Of a stretch of DNA of 64,000 bases, positions 1 through 12,186 are shown piece after piece. How positions within the stretch are numbered: position 1 is the stretch's first letter; the number at the start of each line of letters is the position of its first letter. This DNA is from Ptychomitrium polyphyllum (taxonomy: Eukaryota): positions 5,766,001 to 5,830,000 of the forward strand of contig OZ316776.1 of NCBI GenBank assembly GCA_973851085.1, written 5' to 3'. A program made the position numbers and the translations under genes. The notes beneath the pieces were generated by a model. The model saw only the letters and a list, made by a program, of their open reading frames with translations, had not been told where the DNA came from and did no database searches.

Positions 1-71
1 CGACATTTGCATACTCAACAGCAAAGAGTGTCGCTTGTGTGTGTGCCCGTCCCGCGAGGCCTGCACACCTA

Positions 72-79
72 AAACCCTA
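72..79 (+). promoter_or_regulatory. Telo-box-like motif (AAACCCTA) in the GC-rich region upstream of the receptor kinase
   Basis: The sequence aaaaccctag is at 71-80, with CCCGGCCCGA repeats (site II-like GGCCC) nearby at 174-196. It could equally serve a gene lying outside the window. Confidence 0.3.
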
Positions 80-2694
80 GTTATCGTCACCATCTGTACA
101 TTCCGTCGTTGAATGTACGGAGTCCGAGAGTAATGTCGGTTTTTGGGTGAAGTGACGGTTTTGGATAACCAAACCCGGCCCGACCCGGCCCGACCCGCGA
201 TGATGACAAAAGAGAATGGCAATGGGGGCGGACGGGGGTGACGGGGCAGATGGTGATGGTGATGGCGATGGCGATGGCGATGAGTCTGATGACGCAGAAT
301 GAGAATAGAGCGCAATGGCGAGCTTTTCTCTCGCATGCTTTTGTTTAGAAGATCCAGCGTGCGAGGCGATGCCCTACATCACCGTTGCAGCGCGAGACTG
401 TAGGATGCCGCCGATGACTGCAGGGAAGGTGAAGATAGGGTCATTTCACTGCACTCCAGCAACATTCTACTGTTGCTCCACACATGACCTTCACCTGCCT
501 TCCTGTCAATAATGACACACCTCGCGCGGCCTTGTCTCGCTCCACCGCACCTCGAGTAGCGCCCGCCTCCCCGTCTTTTCCATGCACAGCTCTCTCGGGA
601 TCGTAGAGCGAGAGACGGACAGACGGAGGGAAACCTTTTCGCAATGGTGTGTCCCTAGGTGATGGCGTACTGCGGACCTCGGCATTGCTTCGATCTGGCA
701 TTGGTGCTAGGTATGCGTTTCTGTCTTCGATTTGCGGTTTCGGGAGGATGGACAGAGGTTTGGTTTTGTGATCTAATGTGATGTGGCGGAGATGTGGTGC
801 ATGATTTTGGTGTGATTTGGTTACGCGGAGTTTAAGGAGTAGTTCGTGTTGAGGATTTAGTTGCGGAGATGATCCTTGAGCGGGAGGTGAGGGGGCGAGC
901 AAACTGCATTGTTGTGCGGTGGTGATGGTTGTTGTTGTTGCGAGGTGGAGAGGTCTTTCGGAGACGCGTTTAGGGAGGTGGAAAGCTTGAGCAGAGATTA
1001 GTGGATTCGATCAGGGGGAGAGATTGAGTGTGGATGGTTGGCGGAGTGTTGTTGTTCAGAGTGCGGGTGTTGCGGTGTTTTCTGAGGGTGTGGGATGAGT
1101 GCATAAGAACGTTGAGAAGTTCGAGTGCCGGAATCTAGGGCTGCGCGTGAGTTCCCTGTGCCGACCTTTGACGCAGCCTTGCAATGTAGTTAATGTGTCG
1201 TTCAAGACTGTTGTGCGCATTTGGTGCCTGCGAAAGAGTCAAATCCGAGGGCGTTGCTGTGGATGATTTTCGCTACAGGCACATTTGATTCCGAGTGAAA
1301 GGACAGTTTTTAGGTCCCTTCTTTGTCCGGATCTCGGCAAGAAAGCAAGGGCTTCTTTGATGAGTTTGTTCTACATGTAATCCGCGTAAAGGCTTGCGGA
1401 TCCTTGTGTGGACGAGTTTAGTGAACTACAGGTGTACGAGCTCCGTGGTTGCGTAGGTGGACCAACTGTCGCCCTTCCTACTTCCTAATCCCCCTACATT
1501 GCGTTTCTTAGACACAGGTATAGCCACAGCGGGCACAGCTTTCGCGTGTACTTTTGGATTTTATGAATGAAGAGAAATGGTTAGGCAACTATCCCGGCGA
1601 TTTAGAGAATCCACTCGTCTTGAACATGTGAAATTCGATGAAAGACCTTCTACTGTAACTTTGGTTACTCGCACATCAAGATCATGGTCGTGGAGGTTGC
1701 GTAAGGCTCATTGTACACAAATGTAATGGTCGTCGGATATATCGTCACTCTACCATCGGCCTGAATACTATTCATCAGGTAGGCATCCCCAGCTTGAGCT
1801 TTCCCCAGTATTCACATATGTTGGAATCTCAAATTGGAGCTTGGCTGACAGTTCCGAAGAATTCGTCATGTCAGGCATTTTATTGTGGGCATTTACTGGT
1901 GTTCTGATGTCGGATCTATTTGTGACTTGAGCGGTGCCTCGTTATGAAGATATTAATACAGATTAGAATTTTTTACCTAACCTACTGAATGAGGGAAGCA
2001 TAATCTCGTGCCAAATTGAGGCCGAAAATTCGGTGATTAGATCTTCCTTATGCTTCTACTATTATTTTATCTTGATGGAATGTGAACTGTTACTGCAGAG
2101 GTTACAGAGCGAGGGAAGTACGTACATAATCAAGACAAGAGCAACACCTTTCAGGAGTCCCCACTAAATATGAGAGCCTTTGAGTACCGGGTTTTGAATC
2201 GGCTACATGAATCTTAAGCCTATCATGCTAGTGACCTTAAGTTGCCAGGCTCGGTGTTGTTCTGTTAACTACCTTCTTTTAGTAAATACTTGCCTCAGTA
2301 CAGTAAACTGCGGACAGAGCTGTATAGAATGTAGACCGTCAGGATCATACATGCATACAGAAGTAAGCGGAATTGGATTTTAGGAATGGAAAGAATGCCT
2401 TGGATGCATTGGATATGAAGCTCTGTTTATTTTCGTCTGCGAGCAGAGATGTCGAAAACCTTTGGAGCTTGCGACTTATTGATCTTGGAACTTTTCTAGG
2501 TTTGAATTGGAGTTCAATCTAAAAGGCCAGGAAGTCGTTCACTTGGATACCAATTTTTCTGGATGGGGGTGCCATCTAGAGCTTACAGACTGAATGGAGC
2601 TATGATAGATCCTCAGCTGAGACAGATAGAGAAACTTAAGTAGCCTTCAGTGGGCTACTCTCACCAGTCTTCATGTGTTTAGGCGTTTGTCACA

Positions 2695-5600
2695 ATGCGC
2701 AGCAATCTTTGCAGCATTGCAGGGTTGCTGTCTCTGTTATTTCTGGCAGCAGCTCTTGGAAGTTCCGGTTATGGTGAGTGTGATTTCAACCCTAGGATTT
2801 ACATACTTATTTGTTTCGCGATCTAAGTAGTTTCTTTCAACTTGTCAACAAGATGGTTGGTAGAGGATATTCAAATCCAGCATGTTAAGGGAGTCTGAGT
2901 CTGTCCAGCTCTCTCTCTTCTCATGGTCTATGTTTCTCCAGCATCTTATATCGCTTGTGCATTGCGTTGCAGGTATTCAAAAGGATTCTATAGCTTGTCG
3001 CCCAGGTTCACAATGCGAAAATCAGGACAGATTAGAGGTAGTGATTCATTCCCGCAGGAGTTTATGGGCAAAGAGGCTTTCCGAAGGAGACCATTCCTTG
3101 CTCCAATTTGCAAGAAGACATCCTTCCATTTCGACCCCTGGAGCAAGTTTTGGGCAAAATTCTGCTGATGAATCCTTGTCTTTAGCAGATTTTCCGGCAT
3201 CTGCTGCTCCACCTGAAGCTGTCACTTCAATAGCAACTCCTCAAAACATTACTGGAACTTCACCTGCACAGACACCTGTAACAGGTGAGTTTGCAATGTT
3301 CGAGCACGTAGGTGCTGCTATTTGCTCTTGATGAATTTGGTTAATATAGTGAATACTGCACGTCCTTGCTAGTTTACAGCTAGGAGATTGCTTGTTCAGA
3401 AATTGTTTGAAGTTCTACTTGTTCAGTTCCATGTCACTATCCATCATACGGTGCTTGTGTGGCCTTAGAGAATCTTTACTGTGTTCTTTTTTGTCTGATA
3501 CTTTCAACCTGAACAAAATCATTGCTTTGTTGGAGTTTCTATTTTGTGACTCTCCCCCTATTCATCGCTGTTTAGCTATCTAATGTTGCATGTCTCGTCT
3601 ATGTCTACAGCCCCTTCACCGCTCGAACCTGTTGTTCCCCCATCTTCAATGAACCTCACTTATCCTGAAGGTGAGATTTTTGCTTTGTGATTTGCTTACA
3701 CCCGATTTCATTTTGTTTCTTGTTTATTGCTATCTCTTGTTGCATCCTCAGTTCCCTCCAATGTGGTTTGGATTAACAGCTTTGTGACTCTGGGTTTTGT
3801 AACTATACTCAATTTCACAAGGATCTGCTGAGGGCAAAGACACATTCACTGACGGCATATGTTGGTTTGACAGATTGCCGCCAGGTTTGTCCAGATGGGT
3901 ACACGTACACGCCGCCAGGTGCTCCGTCATGTAGTTGTGTCATTCCTATGCATGCGCAATTTCGGCTGGGAATCAAGTTGGAAAAGCTTTTTCCGCTAGT
4001 GTCTGAGCTGGCCAAGGAGCTGGCTGGTGGGCTTTTTTTACAAACCAGTCAAGTCCGTATTGTAGGCGCAAATGCCGTTGAAGCTAACCAAGACAAGACA
4101 GACGTGAGCGCAGACTTTGTGCCGTTGGATACTAAATTCGATAATACTACAGCCCATCTTCTTGCCTCACGGCTGTGGAGTGGTCAAGTTCCGTTGAACG
4201 AGACACTGTTTGGAACCTACTTCGTCATTTTTGTCACTTACCCAGGTAATCAAACACACTGACGGCTAGCCCAAAGGTTTTAGTACGCATCATATATTCA
4301 CGATGGTTTATGCACAGATTGTCGGTTGTAATGCCATGCTAACACTTCCGTGAAAAACTATTTGCATCTGGATCTGATCCATGTCGTCGTTAACTGTTTA
4401 GGTCTTCCTCCTCCTCCACCTACCCAGTTTCCTGGAAATGTTCCACCGCCAGGTCCTGCTAACCAACTTCCATCTGGAGTGGATCCAAATAACAAAGACC
4501 ATCAGCTCAGTTCAGGGCTGATCACTGTGATTTCCTTGGCATCAGCCATGGGTGTGTTGTTACTTGTTGGCTTTGTGTGGCTCATTCTCCTACGCCGCAG
4601 CTTGAATGAGAAATCTTCACCTTCGGTTGTTGGCCCCCTACATGCTTATTTCAACCCTAAACCTGAAGGTGTGCAACTGATCCAATTGAGAATGAATGCA
4701 TATTTCAACTCTAAGCCTGAAGGTGTGCCTCTTCATCTGATCTAATCGAGATAACCCTCTATAGATAATTTTACCAATACCTTTGAACCTCATATTGCTG
4801 CATTACAAGAATGTGATCTGCTATTCGATATTCTTCTGGTGCCTCTCTGCCTAGTCTTGCTGTTTTCCATGATCGCTTCATCAATTAGCGATAGGCCTAG
4901 TGTTATTCTCTCTACTTTGATCTCGACATGACATGCCAAGAAATCGACTCTCATCTTTGTTAAGTTCGATGTTCTGAACACCTTCTGTATCAGTTACTGC
5001 AGGTTCGTTGTTATCAGGAAGTATGGCAAGCTCTACAACAGTTTCTTATGGATCTAGCATGGCGAATTATACAGGCACTGCGAAGACCTTTAGTTTAGCA
5101 GAATTAGAACAAGCAACAGACAATTTTAGACCAGATAATATAGTTGGCGAAGGGGGTTTCGGGCGAGTTTACCAAGGGGTGCTAGACAGTGGTATTGAAG
5201 TGGCTGTCAAAGTATTAACAAGGGATGACCATCAGGGTGGACGTGAGTTTATTGCAGAGGTAGAAATGTTGAGCAGATTACACCATCGCAACCTTGTGAA
5301 GCTAATTGGGATCTGTACCGAGGAAATAAGATGTTTAGTTTACGAGCTTATCACTAATGGCAGTGTGGAATCCCATTTGCATGGTATGTATTTCTTGACC
5401 AAACTTTATTTGTCAGTTCTTGTAAGTTCTTGTTGATGATGTGAGTCTGGATCGTATGTCACAAGGCAGTGTGGTTCTTTGTTATATTATTTCTACTACC
5501 ATATGGTCTGGTTACTGTTACATGTCTATTAGTGTGTTTATAGGGTTATCAACTACTTTGTTATTTATATCCTCCCTTGTGTTTGGGTTCGAAGTAGCTT

Positions 5601-7121
5601 TCATGTTCTGCTCGGATGTCAGTCTTGGGGATTCGGCCGGAAATTTAACATAATTTAATCGCGGTCCATTTTACAACCTGCAGGTACAGATAAATACACT
5701 GCTCCCCTCAACTGGGATGCACGTGTTAAAATTGCTTTAGGAGCCGCTCGTGGACTGGCGTACTTACATGAGGATTCACAGCCTAGGGTGATTCATAGAG
5801 ACTTTAAAGGAAGCAATATTCTCCTTGAGGACGATTACACTCCAAAAGTATCAGATTTTGGGCTAGCTAAATCGGCAGCTGAGGGAGGCAAGGAGCACAT
5901 CTCTACTCGGGTGATGGGCACGTTTGGGTACCGTACCTATTACCCTACTTTGATCCCTATTTCAAATATATAAAGAGCGAAAATATTAAGTTCCCTGTTG
6001 TTTCAAACTTGTGTTCAATGCCCGAGTGCAAACTCCGTCAGATGTTTGTAAGGAGAAAGTTCAATAATCCAGTCTTATAATTTCAATCTAAGTTAATCAG
6101 AAGTGACTCAATTGTGACTTTTTAAATCAACCTAATTAACCCTTGCTATCTAAGTTCTGCGCTCTAGCACCTTTAGGTAAGTAACCCCTCTTGTGTAACT
6201 TAGCATTCCATTAGATAAATTGTTCATTCAGAGATTGCCTCAGTCGAGTCAGTGTACTAATTTCACATGCAAGTCTGCATACTTGGAAGGTAGTGTTCCT
6301 TTTATCCTCTTCCACCTTTACAACTTCCATATTTGTCAATTTGGGTAAACTTGGTCACTCTCGCTCGATTGTGCTTTAATTAGCTGGTAGACTCAAACTG
6401 CAGGTACGTGGCTCCCGAGTACGCAATGACAGGACATCTACTTGTGAAGAGTGACGTCTATAGTTATGGAGTGGTTCTCCTTGAACTCCTTTCTGGACGC
6501 AAACCTGTGGACATGTCTCAGCCACCTGGGCAAGAGAATCTAGTCACATGGGCACGGCCGCTTCTTACAAGCCAGGATGGCTTAGGGCAGCTTGTTGATC
6601 CTTACCTCAGAGACAACTATCCATTCGACAACTTTGCTAAGGTGGCAGCAATAGCTTCAATGTGTGTACAACCAGAAGTCTCTCATCGTCCATTTATGGG
6701 CGAGGTCGTGCAGGCTCTGAAACTTGTGTACAATGAGCCAGAAGCTAGAGATGTTAGCCGACTACGAGGAACCTCACCAACTTCTGACTTAATCGAAACA
6801 CAAAACTCAGAGTTTCGACATGACGCCTCCTACATTAGTACTGATTACGATTCAGGGCCCTTTGAGCTGTTGGATCTTGAACAGCGAAAACGAAAGCCTC
6901 TTTCTGCATCAGCTGTTATGACAGGCTCTGGAGGTTTCTTTCGACAACTTTCGGGTTCGTTCAGACGCTACAGTGCTTCTGCTCCACCAAAGGCTTCTTC
7001 ACTACCAAGAGCTCCATGGTACGCACTTGGCGATCCCAAAGCTGTAGGGAGCATGAGTGAGGCTAGAGCAGATAGATTCTTAGATCCTCAGCGCAGGAGA
7101 TTTTACGGGTTTTGGCCTTAA
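2695..7121 (+). CDS. Receptor-like Ser/Thr kinase, ALE2-like (signal peptide, Pro-rich/Cys-containing ectodomain, TM, kinase); spliced
   Basis: Inferred exons: 2695-2773 ([22 protein letters not shown], signal peptide), 2973-3284, 3611-3670, ~3874-4245 ([23 protein letters not shown]), 4402-4668 or 4722 ([27 protein letters not shown]), 5003-5383 ([13 protein letters not shown]), 5683-5927 ([11 protein letters not shown]), 6403-7121 (APE, DVYSYGV). All kinase motifs are intact. Confidence 0.92.
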
Positions 7122-7764
7122 TCCTACAAAGCCTATTGGTAACACAACGTATTCCACATGGAAGTGGTGTTTGGGCCGTATGGTGTTAGCTTGTATATTG
7201 AATCATCATTTTTCCATCTATTAGACGTGGATCACTTGATTGTCGTGATTCTGTAACATTTCAACCTCTTCAGTTTTCTTTAATGGCGTCCTCAAGCTGC
7301 ATGTGTTCATTTGTATTTAATCCTAGGCATTCAGCTGACAAAGGTTATGTACTCCTCTGAGTGGGCCTTTGCTGGCGTTCACAGAACTTATTAAATCTTG
7401 ATCCTGCAAATTCAACTGCTCCTGAATCAGGTGAGTGGGGATTTCTGTCATCTCAAGCTGAAGTACCTTGTTCAATCAGCAGTGGCTTTATATTGGTACA
7501 TTATTTACATTTCTGCCTCTCTCTTGTTCCCTCTCCAACTTAAATCAGCTTCTCAGGACCAGTATTGTGCATCGCAAGATCAAGATTTTTGGAAACGTTT
7601 CATTGAATAATTTCTTTCCGTGCATTATTGTTCCGTAATTATTGTTCTCGTATCCCCTGCTCTCCTGATAGAGCAGCATTCATAACTTCTGGATACGCAT
7701 AACTTGGTGGTTGTATTTCGTCCGAATTTGTGTCGCTGTGTGTTTCTCCAGAGATGGAATCTGA

Positions 7765-7889
7765 GGGTGAGTACTTCAAGGGTGAGCATAGGCTTCATAA
7801 AGTAAATTCAGCCCCCTACAGGGTGGTTGCTAGAACCCCCCTCCCCTATTTGTAGGCTAACTACACTCTCAATCTTGAAGTATTTACCC
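7765..7889. mobile_element. MITE, Tourist/PIF-Harbinger-like, ~125 bp
   Basis: The left end GGGTGAGTACTTCAAGGGTGAG matches the reverse complement of the right end, GGGTAAATACTTCAAGATTGAG (18/22). Flanks are TGA (7762-7764) and TTA (7890-7892), close to a TWA target-site duplication. A homologous partial copy lies at 45391-45485. Confidence 0.65.
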
Positions 7890-8986
7890 TTAGCCTTCAA
7901 TCTTCGTACTTGAAACAGTCATGCAGATTTTAGTAACACTACTCACCTGGCAGTATGAAATTGTTCATGTCGGCCCTTCAAATTTGATTGCCTGCTGACC
8001 CTGAACTACTGGAGTAACTGTACAAAGGTACTCGGTCAGATCCTGGCTGCAGTTGTTGACCCTTCATTTTTGAAAAAGCTGCTTTAAGTTTGGAAGAACT
8101 TTGCACCTGAACTTGTGCGAAGCAATGGTCCTATCACCCATATCATGTGTGGTGTACAGACAGAGTTGATGTGAGCAGTGAGCATGATGACTTGGAGTGC
8201 AATTTATAAGCAAGCTCCTCGGAAGGAAGGGACCTTATTCTTGAATCCATGAGTGCCATATTCGACAGTACAGACATACTTGGTATAGTTCATGTTACGG
8301 TATGTAACGCATAGGATAAACTGTTGTCAGTTGCTCCTCTGATATCATTAAGAAGCCAAGCTGATATTAAGCCATCTCATTGGATTGGTTTTTTCGACAA
8401 ATTTTTCTCCTCCTCGTCCTTAAATATTCTGTGAAGAGTCGTACTCATTATCCAATATTCAAATGTCTTTGTTTCTGTTACAGTAGTTCTGTACACTCCG
8501 CATAGTCATGTGACATTTTGATTGTTTGTCGTTTGCTGGGTAGCTAGCTAGCTCCGTTGCTTCCTTGCTGAAACGAAATTCCACACACGTGGAAAGACAC
8601 CATAATTTTATTTTGGGGGATATGATAAAAATGACTGGGAGAAAATTGTCGGGCCCAACTGGTGATATTTTCAATCTAGAACATGAATATTCGTGTCCCA
8701 AAACAAAAGAGGGTTCTGGAGGTGGAATATATTACCGAATACATTACTGACGGAAGCAACATAATAAAAGATCTTCGTCCTTCCAAGTGAGTTATTGTCA
8801 TTAATCCACTGGCTGAAGCTACAGTATCACTTAAAGTCCTCAGCTACTCAAACATAGGCCCTCTTCCTTCTAATTTCAAGTCATTTGCTTCATAGAATTT
8901 GCATTAGAATCTCTGTCAAGACGACGCAGAGTTGGGACTACCCGTATATCTTGAAAAGATTAGAGTGGGAAAGACATCACTTCACC

Positions 8987-9701
8987 ATGGCAGGGCAGTT
9001 CTTCTATGACCCCAGGCCGTTTTATGACGTTACCAAAGACCAGAAATTAGCTTTTCTTGATGATGTTAGTGTCTGCACACAACCCTTCATTTGAGGAAAA
9101 TTTGATTGATTGAGCTTCTGCGTGTGATTGCTTCTTCTCTCTTGTACCAAAGTGGATAATTGAATACTGTATGGTCTCCTTGTTGCTATTCTGGCAGTTG
9201 TTCAACCTTGGAAAAAAGGAGCCCACGTTTATCGAGAGTCCATATCGGGTGGAGGGGAAGCAGGGCGACGGTGGGGGCAAGAACTCTAACCAGAAAAATA
9301 AGAAGAACAACAATGACCAGGATGGCGAGCATCACGAGGAGAAGAAGGTAGAAGTTAAATCTAAGATACAGACAGTTGAGCTGAACGTGAACTTGTGCTG
9401 CGACAGCTGCGTCTGGCAAGTGAAGGAGGTACTGGACGACGTCGAAGGTCAGCGCTACTCAGCCTCTCGATTTAATCATCAATATATCTTTCACTCCCTA
9501 CACTGTTTTCGTTGGAAACTCACGAGCTGATTGTGCCATGTATGCGGTGACTTATCATCTGCAGGCGTAGAGAAGGTGGATTGCGACCAAATCAGCAAGA
9601 AGGTGTGGGTGAAGGGCAACGTCAAGCCGGAGGTGGTGCTGACGAAAGTGAGGAAAGTGAGGAACGATGCCGCGCTGGTGGCAAAGAAGAAGCAGAACTG
9701 A
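8987..9701 (+). CDS. Heavy-metal-associated (HMA) domain protein, HPP type (no C-terminal CaaX); spliced
   Basis: Exons: 8987-9065 (MAGQFFYDPRPFYD...FLDD), 9198-9448 (…TVELNVNLCCDSCVWQVKEVLDDVEG), 9565-9701 (VEKVDCDQISKKVWVKGNVKPEVVLTKVRKV…KQN*). This shows the classic HMA pattern with CxxC. The first exon is less certain. Confidence 0.85.
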
Positions 9702-12186
9702 GAAAGTCTCATCGCCTTAGCATGACCATCAGTCAAAGTATTCAGGAAGAGATTTCTGTGAAGTAGAACTCACATGCAAGCAAACATACACGGTTGCAAA
9801 AAATCTTTTCATGATATATATTATGGAACATTGTTCACAAATAGTTCTTTGTTTACACTGTTCCCAGAATATATATTACGAGTGGAACTTGCTCTAATCC
9901 TACCGTACAGTGTGCCAGTTCTATGACTTGTCACCTTTTCCATGGGCTGGTTCTGTTTTTAGTTCCATTTATTTTCCGTAACAGAAGGGAATGTTTATTT
10001 CACTACGAGAGAATAAGCTGGTGACTGATCACATGACATGACATACTGTTTATAAGTTCATAATTTAGTGCATCTCCACGTAGGACAAACCTTGGGTAGG
10101 ATCCATAGAAGACATTGGTTCTTGATCTGGTGGGAGAATATCTTACATTATTTTGGGATGTAGAACACAAATGTTGAAAAAGAAACATCAAAAAGATACT
10201 TGGAACTTTCAAAAATAGCTTTCATGCTCTTACTGTTTTTGCAATGAAGAGTGTTTTGTAGGGTGTTCTGATTGTTTAAGTGAATTCCATGGAAACAATT
10301 AACATCTAGTCTAATTTCAGCCAAGCCTCCACGTGATGGATATTCGTACGACGAACTGAAGGCACATTCTATATGATTTACAAATTTAATAAGTGTTTTT
10401 ACACTAAAGTCAGGATTCGACTGATCCTTGAATGTGCTGGAGCATTTGTTTTCCAAGAACAGAGCCATGAGAGTGGTATGAATTCGGGATTCTCTCATAT
10501 GTTCAAATGTGATACTCCAAAACTTATATTTACAAGAAGGTTCTTTTCCTCTCTACAGGTGGTCCACATGGACGACATGGCGGCCATGCTTGTGGATGGA
10601 CAGCCAGCCTTCTTGGCAGCCGTCGGCCATTCTCAGTGGACCAGTTTCTCCATGTCAAGCCTGTTGTAGCCTGGCCCTGGATTCCGAGCAGAATGAAGTC
10701 GAATGCTTCCGAAGCTGGTTGCTAGCAATGTGGTCGGACTCTACTAAATGACCACCTCGCTTCATCCTCCAAGCATTTGAGGAAGTGGCAAGACACTATG
10801 CCGGCTTGGATCCAAAGAAACACGCAATGATGACGAAAACATTGAATTTCAGTGCTCCCTCGGCCATCAGAGTCGTGGAAGACGTGGGTGATGTCCTTCC
10901 TCACCCACTCTGAACTGTTTAGAGCGAGTCCTTCGTTCTGCAAGGACCACCTCGACGTTCTTACATGCTGCCGCTTTGGGCTACCTCTCCAGGACGTAAA
11001 GTAGCAGGTGAAACCATGCATGCGGAGGAATAGTGAGTTCTATCAATCAAGGATGAAGATGAAGACAATTGGTATCTTTAAACAATGTCCAACAATAAAT
11101 AAAAGAAGCTACTTGGTCTTTTCTCAAGAGAAGAACATATACACATTGAGACTTAGTTGAGAATCTTAATAGATGTGCAAAGTGCAAGATAATCTTTTGC
11201 TTGCAATCTTATCAAATTGGAATTGAAGCCTAACTTTCTTAAGGAATTTTTTTTTTGAAATAGAAACAAGAAGTTTAGGAAGTACACAAAAGAAAGTGAA
11301 AGACGAGGACAAAGGGAAAAAGGATAGTTTGATTTTGTAATGATAGGTTGCAAAACCTAAGAAGAAGGAAAGAAGCTCCCAACCAGAACTCCGTATTGTA
11401 GATCAGGTCCTCCGTGTGCCAACAGCTCTTATAGTATAACATCCTCTAGGATCACAGAAGGCCTACATATGCGGAATGTTTTGCAGAAGCTGTATTCGGA
11501 AGTTATCTGCTCATTTGACGTAGTAGTAGCAATTGCAAGGGTGTAACAGATTTACAACTCCACGTGGAATGTATTCAATAGGTCATAGAGGGCAACTTTA
11601 TTGTAAGCTACGGAAAGTCATGATACCTTATACCTGCAAGTTACCCCATGTTTCGCGGAAGTCTCGGACGATTTTGTCTTTACATATGTCGCTACTAATG
11701 AGATGTATGACTTAGTTACATGTCTAGGACAGGTATCTACACTGTAGTATGGTATTGTGATACACAATGTGCGCAACGGAAAAGGATAGGATGGAGTCGA
11801 TGAACTGACTTGCCGCTGACAAGATGCCGCGATAAAATCTCGTGCTGAAGTCTAGGAACTTTCTCTCCTAAGACATACGCCTGATCCATGACTCGATGTA
11901 ATATAGTGTGCACCCATGTGATGCTCATGTGTTAATTTCGACCATCCCCTTTGAAGCACTTCACGAATGAGACTTAAAACTACAATAATCTCAAATGCGT
12001 GTAAGCTTGTCACACACGATGTCTTAGCCGAGTTACTGAAGGTATCATCAACAGCTTGTAGTAGCCAAGTGAAGAGAAAGATTTGAACCAAGTAGGGAAC
12101 AGGGCTATATCTTCAACCAAACATATGATTAGCTCGAGCTGCGTGCCACGGAGGCACTTGAGCTGTGGTTTGGGGATCCCGTCATC

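Noticed and set aside
441..902. 153-aa minus-strand ORF and similar long ORFs at 22498-23365, 33879-34406 and 57997-58776
   Set aside because: They overlap GC-rich promoters or 5' UTRs of identified genes, often start at non-ATG codons, are low-complexity and show no family motifs. They are most likely spurious.
8182..8345. RTGATGA box-C-like motif suggesting a C/D snoRNA
   Set aside because: No properly spaced CTGA box D with a terminal stem, and no recognisable rRNA-complementary guide.
10555..11010. GC-richer exon-like segment after a CTACAG acceptor (…LALDSEQNEVECFRSWLLAMW…), vaguely BTB/BACK-like
   Set aside because: The frames I translated contain multiple stops, and there is no motif I can name with confidence. 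It is possibly a pseudogene fragment and needs BLASTX.
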